DNA of 64,000 nt from the NCBI GenBank assembly GCA_965233585.1, contig CBDDTI010000746.1, positions 704,001-768,000 of the forward strand, read 5' to 3'. Below the pieces are notes generated by a model that was given only the letters and a program-made list of their open reading frames with translations, was not told where the DNA came from and did no database searches. The position numbers were made by a program, and so were the translations under genes. The first letter of the stretch is position 1, and each line of letters starts with the position of its first letter. The stretch is from a bacterium (GTDB lineage: Bacteria; SAR324; NAC60-12). Below, piece by piece: positions 48,260-57,185 of this stretch.

Positions 48260-50314
48260 ATGAAAAATAATTGGAATGCTGAAGAAGCAAAAGAATACAT
48301 CAAAAAGTATGAACAACAGGGTTGCAACACAGACCTTGCCATCAGAGTTTATACTTCAAGACTTTTGGGAAGAGAACACAAGATGATTTTGCATGGAGGA
48401 GGCAACACCTCCGTTAAGACCAATGTTAAAGACATTCTAGGTCGTGATGTGAAAGTGCTGTGTGTCAAAGGAAGTGGTTGGGACATGGGTGTCATTGAAC
48501 CCGAAGGACTGCCTGCCGTCAGGTTAGAGCCTCTTTTGGAATTTCGTGTGCTAGACGCACTTTCTGATGAGGACATGGTGAATTGTCTCCGCACTAACTT
48601 AATGAATAGTGCCTCTCCTAATCCTTCAGTTGAGACTCTACTCCATGCCTTCCTTCCCCACAAATTTATTGACCACACCCATTCATCAGCAATCAATAGC
48701 ATCAGCAACATGCCCAATTATGTTGAGGTTTGCCAAGAAATCTATGGTCAAGACATGGGAACTGTGGACTATATCATGCCGGGTTTTGCCCTTGCCAAGT
48801 CTGCAATGAATGCTTTTGAGTCAAGCCCTCACGTCAAAGGGTTGTTGCTTCAGAATCATGGCATTTTTACTTTTGCTGAAGATGGAAAAGAAGCCTATGA
48901 TTTGATGATAGAATACGTAAGTCGTGCAGAAGAGTTTTTGCAGAAAAATCGTCGGTCTGTGGTCTTTGAACAAAGGGCAATTCCTCAAGAGTTAGCTGAT
49001 GTTGCAGAAGTCGCTCCTGTCATTCGTGGGGCATTGGCTCAAAGTTTAGGTGAGGGCAGTTTTCAAAAATGGATTCTACACTTTAGAACCAATGAAACGA
49101 TTTTGCATTTTGTGAATGGCGAGGACGTCAAAGACTACGCAAGACGTGGACCTGCCACCCCAGAACAAGTCATTCGGATTAAGCCAAAGCCACTCATTGC
49201 ACCCGTTCCCCAAAAAAATCAACTCCAAGCCTTTGAAACAGAACTCAGGCAAGAAGTCGCAAGTTTCATTCAAGATTACCAAGACTATTTTCACAAACAC
49301 AATGCAAGATTTGATGGAATCAAAAAAATCTTAGACACCGCCCCGCGTGTGATTTTAGTGCCAGGAATGGGACTATTTGGAGTTGGAGAAACAGCTAAAG
49401 ATGCAAGGATTTCAGCAGACATGATAGAAAGTTTAATTGAGTCTATCACCGATGCAGAAGCTATTGGAGAATTTAGAGCGTTGTCAGAAGCAGACTTGTT
49501 TGACATGGAATACTGGTCGCTTGAACAGGCAAAACTTCACAAAAAAGCAGAAAAAGCATTGTCAAGACAGATTGTTGCCATCACAGGCGGTGCGGGAGTT
49601 TTGGGTCTGGCGATTGGTCAAGAATATGCCAAACATGGTGCAGAAGTTGCCTTGTTAGATGTCAGTGAATCTTCTCTAAGCAAAGCTCTTGAAAAGCTCC
49701 CTAGTGCCAGAAAATTCGTGTGCGATGTGACAAATCCTCAAAGCGTGAAAGACACCATGAATGAGGTGGTTTGCGAATTTGGAGGATTGGATATTTTGGT
49801 CTCTAACGCAGGTTCTGCATGGACGGGTTCTATTGCAGAAGTCAGCGAATCCGTTTTGAAAGAGAGTTTTGAGCTGAATTTTTTTGGACATCAAAGAGCC
49901 TCGCAAGCCGCTGTTGCCATTTTCAAGAAACAAAAAACGGGAGGACTCCTTTCATACAATATCTCTAAACAAGCAATCAATCCGGGTCAAGATTTTGGTC
50001 CTTACGGTCTGGCTAAAGCCTCTTTGATGTTTTTGATGAGACAATACGCCTTAGAATGCGCTGCTGATGGCATCAGAGCCAATGGAGTCAATCCAGACCG
50101 CATTCGGAGTGGTCTTTTGACTGATGCCATGATTCAAGAAAGAGCCAAAGCCAGACAAATGACAGAACAAGATTACATGAAAGGCAATCTTTTAAAGCTG
50201 GAAGTGCTAGCCAAACATGTTGCCAAAGCATTTGTGGATCATGCCTTAGCCCCAAGAACTACGGCTGACATTACGACTGTTGACGGTGGTAACATTGTGG
50301 CAACCTTGCGTTGA
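48260..50314 (+). CDS. bifunctional class II aldolase / SDR dehydrogenase (rhamnulose-1-phosphate aldolase-SDR fusion type)
   Basis: GGGNTSVK, PSVETLLH, DHTH, QNHGI; EYWSLEQAKL linker; TGGAGVLG, SNAG, YGLAK. Confidence 0.9.
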   Translation: MKNNWNAEEAKEYIKKYEQQGCNTDLAIRVYTSRLLGREHKMILHGGGNTSVKTNVKDILGRDVKVLCVKGSGWDMGVIEPEGLPAVRLEPLLEFRVLDALSDEDMVNCLRTNLMNSASPNPSVETLLHAFLPHKFIDHTHSSAINSISNMPNYVEVCQEIYGQDMGTVDYIMPGFALAKSAMNAFESSPHVKGLLLQNHGIFTFAEDGKEAYDLMIEYVSRAEEFLQKNRRSVVFEQRAIPQELADVAEVAPVIRGALAQSLGEGSFQKWILHFRTNETILHFVNGEDVKDYARRGPATPEQVIRIKPKPLIAPVPQKNQLQAFETELRQEVASFIQDYQDYFHKHNARFDGIKKILDTAPRVILVPGMGLFGVGETAKDARISADMIESLIESITDAEAIGEFRALSEADLFDMEYWSLEQAKLHKKAEKALSRQIVAITGGAGVLGLAIGQEYAKHGAEVALLDVSESSLSKALEKLPSARKFVCDVTNPQSVKDTMNEVVCEFGGLDILVSNAGSAWTGSIAEVSESVLKESFELNFFGHQRASQAAVAIFKKQKTGGLLSYNISKQAINPGQDFGPYGLAKASLMFLMRQYALECAADGIRANGVNPDRIRSGLLTDAMIQERAKARQMTEQDYMKGNLLKLEVLAKHVAKAFVDHALAPRTTADITTVDGGNIVATLR

Positions 50315-50331
50315 TCATATCAAAATAACGA

Positions 50332-51429
50332 TTGCATCAAAATCACTTTTACAAACATCAAAAACACTCTATGACTGACGCATCTACAAGGCTGCCTCAA
50401 AGCTACGAAAAGTTTCTTGGGCTTTCTGCAAAAGTCGGAAGCAATCCTGATTTAGTTCAAGCTGCAGGAGGCAATACCTCTATCAAAACTGATGATGACG
50501 TGAATCCAATCCTTTGGATTAAAGCATCTGGCACTTGGCTTCAAGATGCCGAACGCAAAAATATCATGGTGCCTTTACACTTCAAACCACTGCTTCATGC
50601 CATTGAACACGAACTTCCTGAAGCAGAGCAAGCAAAGAATTTTGTTGCCTCACCTCAAACCAGCTTAAAGCCATCTATTGAAACGGTCGTTCATACGCTC
50701 ATGCCCCAAAAAGTTGTTTTGCATGTGCATTGTATCCAAACGATTGCATGGTCTGTTTTAAAAAATTGCAAAGAGCTTTTGACTCCGATTCTCAATGACT
50801 TCAAATGGGCGTATGTTCCTTATGTTCGTCCGGGAATGAACCTTGCTCGTGCCATTCAAAAACATAAAAACTCTGACACCAATGTTTTGATTTTAGGAAA
50901 TCATGGTTTAGTCGTTGCTGCAGAGTCTGTTGACGAAGCGGAAAATCTGCTGAACCAAGTGGTTTCAAAATTAAAAAAACCTCATCGCAATCTCTCTGCA
51001 ACATACAATTTAGAGAAATTGAATGCCATCATTCAAAAGACAGATTATCGCTTGCCAACTGATGAAGTTGCTCATCACACTGCTTTGAGTCAGGAGTCTT
51101 TAGACATTGCAACTCAAGGCTCGCTTTACCCAGACCATCTTGTTTTTTTGGGAAGAAACTTAAAAATTGCTCACTCTCAAAAAGAACTTCAAGAGCTGGC
51201 ATCTCATCACGACCAAGCACCTCCAAAGTTAGTGGTAATTCCTCAGGTGGGGGTAGTGTTACACCAATCTGTGATCCAAGGTGCTGACCAAATGGCACGT
51301 TGTCTTGCCGATGTTGTTTCTAGGTTGCAAGCCCATGAACAAATTCGTTACCTGAGCGAAGAAGAGGAACACCAAATTTTGAATTGGGACGAAGAGAAAT
51401 ACCGTCAATCTCTTGCGGCAAAAGTTTGA
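50332..51429 (+). CDS. class II aldolase/adducin family protein
   Basis: QAAGGNTSIK, KPSIET..H, HVH, GNHGL, YPDH; likely start ATG 50371. Confidence 0.88.
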   Translation: MHQNHFYKHQKHSMTDASTRLPQSYEKFLGLSAKVGSNPDLVQAAGGNTSIKTDDDVNPILWIKASGTWLQDAERKNIMVPLHFKPLLHAIEHELPEAEQAKNFVASPQTSLKPSIETVVHTLMPQKVVLHVHCIQTIAWSVLKNCKELLTPILNDFKWAYVPYVRPGMNLARAIQKHKNSDTNVLILGNHGLVVAAESVDEAENLLNQVVSKLKKPHRNLSATYNLEKLNAIIQKTDYRLPTDEVAHHTALSQESLDIATQGSLYPDHLVFLGRNLKIAHSQKELQELASHHDQAPPKLVVIPQVGVVLHQSVIQGADQMARCLADVVSRLQAHEQIRYLSEEEEHQILNWDEEKYRQSLAAKV

Positions 51430-51451
51430 ATAAAGTTTAAACATTGAGAAT

Positions 51452-52750
51452 TTGATGAGCTTAGCTGTTGGCATAGACATAGGCACTTCTGGCGTCCGTT
51501 TGGTTGCATTAGACCCTCAACACCAAATTTATGGCAAAGGAGAGTGTTTGATGAGCGAGATTGGAGAGAATCATCGTTGTCCTCATCTTTGGTGGCAAGC
51601 TGTGCAAAGAGCATGGGAGCGATTATTAAAAACAGCGATTGAGCCAAGTGCTATCCAATCCATTGCAGTTGATGGCACATCAGGGACAATGCTTGCCATT
51701 GATGAGGAGGGAAATCCGTTGTGTGATGCACTGATGTATCACGATGCCATTGATGATGAAGACATCATGTCTGCCATTGCTCATTTTGCACCTCGGGAAA
51801 GTGCTGTCCATAGTCAAACTTCAGGGTTAGCCAAAGCCTTGTTTTTTTTGAAGAAGTTTAAAAATCATCATGGGCAACCTCGTTTGAAAAAAGTTTTGCA
51901 TCAAGCCGACTGGATTGCAGGAAAATTCATGGACAAATACTGCTGGAGTGATGCAAATAATGCCCTCAAAACAGGCTACTCTCCTGAAAAAGAGTGTTGG
52001 TCTCATTGGATTGAAAAAATTCAGATAGAAGGCAGCGATTTGTTTTCAATGCAGTTACTGCCTGAAGTGGTGAGACCGAGCGTTCCCTTAAGGAACGTTT
52101 CAAGGCAAATAGCAGATTCTTTCCAACTGAATCAAGAAGTGATGATGGTTGCAGGAACAACTGACGGTTGTGCATCGTTTTTAGCAACAGGTGCTAATCA
52201 AATTGGGGAAGCGGTTACAGCGTTAGGCTCAACACTTGTTCTCAAACAGCTTGTCCCAACGCCTATTTTCAACCCAGATTTTGGAATTTACAGTCATAGA
52301 ATTGGTGAAATGTGGCTTGCTGGTGGTGCGTCAAACACAGGTGGGCAGGTTCTTCAAAAATTCTTTGACACCCCTACAATTCAAAAACTTTCTCAGTCTC
52401 TCAATCCTCAAGAGTCAACAGGGTTGAATTATTACCCTCTTTGCAAGGCTGGTGAACGTTTCCCTATCAATAATCCGCAATTATCTCCACGCCTTGAACC
52501 TCGCCCCGCAAGTCATGCCAAATTTCTCCAAGCCATGCTGGAAGGGATTGCCCAAATAGAACAATTAGGATACGAACGTTTACAAGAATTGGGTGCGCCT
52601 GCATTGAAATCTGTCCGAACAGTTGGAGGAGGTTCAGCAAACGAGGCATGGACTCTCATTCGTCAAAAAATGCTCAACGTTCCTTTTGAAAACGCATTTT
52701 CTGAAGACGCCGCTGTCGGCACTGCTTTCCTCGCTTTAAAAGCGATTTAA
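51452..52750 (+). CDS. FGGY-family carbohydrate kinase
   Basis: GIDIGTSGVR, VDGTSGT, GTTDG, GERFP, VGGG. Confidence 0.92.
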   Translation: MMSLAVGIDIGTSGVRLVALDPQHQIYGKGECLMSEIGENHRCPHLWWQAVQRAWERLLKTAIEPSAIQSIAVDGTSGTMLAIDEEGNPLCDALMYHDAIDDEDIMSAIAHFAPRESAVHSQTSGLAKALFFLKKFKNHHGQPRLKKVLHQADWIAGKFMDKYCWSDANNALKTGYSPEKECWSHWIEKIQIEGSDLFSMQLLPEVVRPSVPLRNVSRQIADSFQLNQEVMMVAGTTDGCASFLATGANQIGEAVTALGSTLVLKQLVPTPIFNPDFGIYSHRIGEMWLAGGASNTGGQVLQKFFDTPTIQKLSQSLNPQESTGLNYYPLCKAGERFPINNPQLSPRLEPRPASHAKFLQAMLEGIAQIEQLGYERLQELGAPALKSVRTVGGGSANEAWTLIRQKMLNVPFENAFSEDAAVGTAFLALKAI

Positions 52751-52780
52751 TTTTCTTTGGAAATGGTCTTCCAAAGGCAA

Positions 52781-53034
52781 CGTAGGAACAAACACTTGGG
52801 TTTGTGCTGTTTCTGAAAGAACGAGATTGCGGGTCAAGCCCGCAATGACCAAAGGCAAGCATGGATTCCTGCCTTCGCAGGAATGACCAAAGACACGTCT
52901 ACAAAATTCCTCTGTCATTCCGCACTTGATGCGGAATCTATCACCAAACTAAGCATGGGTTCCTGCTTTCTCAGGAATGAACAAACCCAGCATGGACTCC
53001 TAAACTTGACTGGATTCCTACCCCTGTTTTCACA
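52781..53034. repeat. cluster of REP-like palindromes (GTCATTCC/GGAATGAC family, plus one GTAG-type)
   Basis: GAGATTGCGGGTCAAGCCCGCAATGAC (52823), GGATTCCTGCCTTCGCAGGAATGAC (52863), GTCATTCCGCACTTGATGCGGAATCT (52914). Confidence 0.85.
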
Positions 53035-53808
53035 GGCAGTGTTTACTTGGTATTGTTGTGATATTTTTCAAATCTTTTGTAGTCAAAGAAGAGTTTGAGA
53101 GAGTGATGGAACATGTGAAAAGTTTTAGAATGTCGTTTAGATTTTCTCATAAAGCGAGCAAGGTTATCCCTAATAGAAGAGTTTGAAGATTCAATGAGAT
53201 GAGTCTTGTCTTTGCCTATTTCATGCTTCTCTGGAATTTGAAGTTGTGCAAATGCCACTTGATAGCAAGAATTCGCATCGGTGTAAATCGTCTCTATCCT
53301 AGGTCGCTGTTCTTTGACGAGTGCATACAGCTTCTTGGCAGCTTCTAATCCTTTGCCTATCACAAAAGCAATCACGCATTGCTCTTGACGAGAATAAGCT
53401 GTCCAAACTGCTACTCTTTGGCTTTTTTTTGAACAAAAGTATAGATCTCATCCATCTCTATACGATCTACTTGCTCTTTGAAACTTGCTGCTTCTTTTGG
53501 GAGTTGAGACACTCTAGCTTTTTTGATCCAGTTGAGAACTGAAGCTGGAGACACCTTGAGAAAACGAGCAATTTTTCTGATGCCTACGCTATTGACATAC
53601 ATCTCTAAGGCTTGACGCTTCGTCTCTAGTGGGATTCTCAACCCATTTGAAGTGAATGCTCTCTGACATGACTTGCAACGAGACCTTTGAACTCCTTTGT
53701 AACTTCCATTCTTCGTATAATTCTGACTCCCACAATGATGACAACTTCTCATAATTCATTCCTTAAATTCACTCCCACATGCAATGACAATACCAAGTAA
53801 ACACTGCC
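53035..53808 (-). mobile_element. IS1-family element, copy 1 (apparently intact insA/insB with -1 frameshift site)
   Basis: 22-bp perfect terminal IR GGCAGTGTTTACTTGGTATTGT; 774 bp; zinc-ribbon/HTH InsA (53411-53752) ending in an A-run; InsB-like DDE ORF (YTD, IESSNSSIR) 53043-53375. Confidence 0.92.
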
Positions 53809-53940
53809 GAGGCAAAAGACCAGAAAAAAGGCATCAGCAAACAGTACTCCCGATGTCCCAACACCTTGCGTGAGGTTGAGCGTGTTCGCACCTAATTTTT
53901 CAATCCATCTGAAAGGAGAAAGCCATCGCAAAAATTTCAT
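53809..53940 (-). pseudogene. 5' fragment of a membrane-protein gene (possibly MlaE-like permease) cut by IS1
   Basis: MKFLRWLSPFRWIEKLGANTLNLTQGVGTSGVLFADAFFLVF runs straight into the IS terminal IR. Confidence 0.4.
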
Positions 53941-54150
53941 GTTGCACAAAAGAGGTCAGCGTCATGTTGTCTCATTTCGTTTCATTATAGCTTAAATGAC
54001 CTGTAATAAAAACAACTAAGACCTTTGTAAAAGGTTCTTGTGGAGAAAGCCTGCAATAACAAAAGATAACAAAAAGATGACAAAATAACTCTCTTCGTTT
54101 CACTAGCAACAACGAAGGGACTAAATAAAGAATGGGAGAAAGGTCAAATC

Positions 54151-54178
54151 AAGAGTGCCAAATTTAGGCACTCTTTTC
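54151..54178 (+). terminator. hairpin with T-tract
   Basis: AAGAGTGCC-AAATTTA-GGCACTCTT followed by TT. Confidence 0.45.
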
Positions 54179-54331
54179 AAAGAGTTTTAAAGATGAGGAA
54201 AAGAACAATGAAGGGAATCAGTCTTGGAACTTTAACAGATTTGACGTTAACAAGCCTCTGGTCTCTTGAAATTTAGTGAAAAAGAAGAGATTACAGGCGA
54301 GCGGTGACGAAAGTCCCTTCAAAATCCTTTA

Positions 54332-54620
54332 GTCATTCCATGCTTGACCCGCAATCTTTCTTAAACCAAGCACAGATTCCGACTGGATTCCTGCTTGCGC
54401 AGGAATGACAGTAGGAGTCATTCCGCACTTGATGCGGAATCTCAAAAAAAGTGAACGAAGAAGAAAAAACAAAGAAGATTGCGGGTCAAGCCCACAGGTG
54501 ACAGTGTTTTAAGAAGAATGAGATTGCGGGTCAAGCCCACAGATAACAGCGTAGGGACAAACCCGAGTGTTTGTTCCGTGTTTTAAGAAGAATGAGATTG
54601 CGGGTCAAGCCCGCAATGAC
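54332..54620. repeat. cluster of REP-like palindromes
   Basis: GTCATTCC...GGAATGAC units, three AGATTGCGGGTCAAGCCC copies (about 54476, 54520, 54594), one CGTAGGGACAAAC unit. Confidence 0.85.
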
Positions 54621-55393
54621 GGCAGTGTTCACTTAGTGTTGACATGATATTTTTCAAGTCTTTTATAGTGAGAGAAGAGTTTGAGAGAGTGTTCCAGCAT
54701 GTCCAAAGTTTTAGAATGTCGTTTAGATTTTCTCATCAAGCGAGCTAGGTTATCTCTGATGGAAGAATTAGAAGATTCAATGAGATGAGTATTTTTTTTG
54801 CCTATTTCATGGTTCTCTGGAATTTGTCATTGAGCAAATGCCACTTGATAGCATGAGTTCGCATCGGTATAGATTGTCTTCATTCTAGGGCACTGTTCTT
54901 TGACTAGTGCATACAGCTTTCGCACAGCTACTAATCCTTTGCCTATCACAAAGGCAATCACACATTGTTCTCTACGAGAGTATGCTGTCCAAACAGCTAC
55001 TCTTTGACTTTTTTTTGAACAAAAGTATAGATTTCATCCATCTCTATACTATCTACTTGTCCATGGAAACTTGGTGCGTCTTTTGGGAGTTGAGACACTC
55101 TGGCTTTTTTGATCCAGTTGAGAACAGAAGTTGGAGATACCTGCACAAAACGAGCTATCTTTCTGATACCTACACTATTGACAGACATCTCTAAGGCTTG
55201 ACGCTTCATCTCTAGTGGGATTCTCAACCCATTTGAACTGAATGACCTCCCACATGATTTGCAAACATATCTCTGCACTCCTTTGTCACTTCCATTCTTG
55301 ATGTCATTCTGACTTCCACAATGATGACAACTTTTCATATCCATTCCTCAAATTCACTCTCACATGCAATAACAACAACAAGTGAACACTGCC
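54621..55393 (-). mobile_element. IS1-family element, copy 2 (relative of copy 1; insB has a premature stop)
   Basis: IRs GGCAGTGTTCACTT / AAGTGAACACTGCC; 773 bp; 9-bp target duplication CGCAATGAC (54612-54620 and 55394-55402); in-frame TGA at 54827-54829. Confidence 0.93.
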
Positions 55394-55603
55394 CGCAATG
55401 ACGGGGTAGTTGTCAAAAGTGAAGGAAAGCCAGCAAACCTCTCAGTCATTCCGTGCTTGACACGGAATCTATCTTAAACCAAGCATGGATTCCTGCCTTC
55501 GCAGGAATGACAGTAGGAGTCATTCCGTGCTTGACACGGAATCTCAAAAAAAGAAGTTGTTAGGAAGAAGACAAGGGAGATTGCGGAACAAGCTCGCAAT
55601 GAC
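55394..55603. repeat. cluster of REP-like palindromes
   Basis: two GTCATTCCGTGCTTGACACGGAATCT units flanking GGATTCCTGCCTTCGCAGGAATGAC; near copy of 54332-54450. Confidence 0.85.
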
Positions 55604-55608
55604 AGTAT

Positions 55609-56274
55609 TCAGGATTCCATTGCCTCCAGTTCTAGTGGTAGCGAAGAAGGAGTGATGACCTGTAATTCTCCCGCTTGTTCTTGAAAAAGATAAATACCTT
55701 CTTCTTCTGCCTCACTGATGAGTTCGTCATAAAAGACTTCTCCCGCTAACCCGCAATGAATTGTATAGTCTTGATACCTTGGAAACAATTTGGGGAAGGT
55801 CTCTTTCTGCCGAAGCACCTGTTGGAAATCTTTGACATGAGGCTTACGTTTGACCTCTATCAAAAGCAAATGTTTTGTTTTGCTGAACAGTACAAGGTCA
55901 TATTGAGCCGTGATGCCATTATCTTTCCCTTTGAGATTTTGTTCCACTTCGTCGTAGCGAATGCCTCCAATTTCAATGAAGCCATATTTTTCTATAACCT
56001 GTTCCACAGAACGGCACAGACGACTTTCTAAAATCTCCGAAGTATTGCTGATGAAGTTTTCCATCCTCTGAATGCCCCGCACCATGCTAGCAACTGCTGG
56101 TCTGAGTTCCTGAAGTTGCAAAGTCAGTTCTGCCAACTGCTTGCTGTTTTCTTCTTGGCGTTTTTTCAGCTCCTGCATGCCTTTGGCATTTTCAGAAAGT
56201 TGTGCATCAGTCTTTTCTTGTCGTTCAGCAATGCCCTCTAAAATTGCCTCAACCCTATCTAAACGTTCTGACAT
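55609..56274 (-). CDS. coiled-coil plus PD-(D/E)XK nuclease-like protein (DUF3782-like)
   Basis: heptad-rich N-terminus; QYDLVL...LLIEVK motif; AEEEGIY tail. Confidence 0.7.
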   Translation of the reverse strand: MSERLDRVEAILEGIAERQEKTDAQLSENAKGMQELKKRQEENSKQLAELTLQLQELRPAVASMVRGIQRMENFISNTSEILESRLCRSVEQVIEKYGFIEIGGIRYDEVEQNLKGKDNGITAQYDLVLFSKTKHLLLIEVKRKPHVKDFQQVLRQKETFPKLFPRYQDYTIHCGLAGEVFYDELISEAEEEGIYLFQEQAGELQVITPSSLPLELEAMES

Positions 56275-56365
56275 CTTGACTCCTTAAATTGAAGATTATT
56301 GAGTTTAAGCACCTAGCCTAGCAGATTTTTGAGAAAAAGGGAGAACAAAGCAGAGAAAAAATAAA

Positions 56366-57135
56366 GGCATTGTTAATTTAATATAGTTAATTGATGATTG
56401 AGCTTCAAGAACAAGAGTTTAAGAGAAAGTATCATCATGTCTTGAGATTTAGAATAGCATTTAGTTTTTCTTTTGAATCTAGCGAGGTAGTGTCTGATTC
56501 AGCTGTGATATCCTTCTATTGTATAGGTTTGCCTTTTGTCTTGAATATGTAGATGAGGAGGTAAGAACTCGCAGTAGCTTTTCCAATGGTCAGTATAAAA
56601 AGTCTCAACACGACTAGTCTTCAGAGCATCCCAGATCTTCAGACCTGTTTGAGTAGACCTGTCTCCACAGACAAAAGTGATAAATCGCTTTGCAAATCTA
56701 TCAACAGCAATCCATATCCATCTGTAGTTTTTTTTGAACCCACATAAGTATGAAGCTCATCCAATTCTACCACCTTGAGACCTGACCCTGATTCTTCTGG
56801 CACTAAATCTCCAACAGCTTGTGCATACTGCTTAATCCAGTTATAGACCGCAACATGAGAGAAATTCAATATCCGACCAATAGACCGATATCCTAAACCT
56901 TCAAGATACATTTGCAATGCCTTCTTCTTGATTGACTTAGAAGCCTCCTTTGAATTTCTTCTTTGCACTGTGAACCTATAAACACAGCGCTTACACTGGT
57001 ATCTTTGCTTGCCTTTGATCAAACCATCTTTGATTATACGATCATGGGAACACTTGGGACAACTGCTTAACATGTTTTTTGCCTTATTTCTGAAATAACA
57101 AAATGATACAATATCTATTTTAAATTAACAATACC
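56366..57135 (-). mobile_element. IS1-family element, copy 3 (distinct lineage; insB has a premature stop)
   Basis: IRs GGCATTGTTAATTTAATATAG / reverse complement GGTATTGTTAATTTAAAATAG (19/21); 770 bp; InsA CPKC..CKRC, ELDELHTY, A8C slippery site; -1 frame reads WIWIAVDR...YTDHW...IEGYHS* (TGA at 56499-56501). Confidence 0.9.
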
Positions 57136-57185
57136 TTCATCAAAAATGTTACTTTCAAACAGGATTGGTCTGAGTTCAAATCAAG

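Noticed and set aside
52781..55603. CRISPR array
   Set aside because: Repeat units vary in sequence and orientation, spacers recur and are irregular, and no cas genes are present; this fits REP-like palindromes.
54827..56501. TGA recoding suggested by in-frame TGA in two insB genes
   Set aside because: Ordinary genes in the window terminate at TGA and conserved genes have no internal TGA; simple IS decay is more likely.
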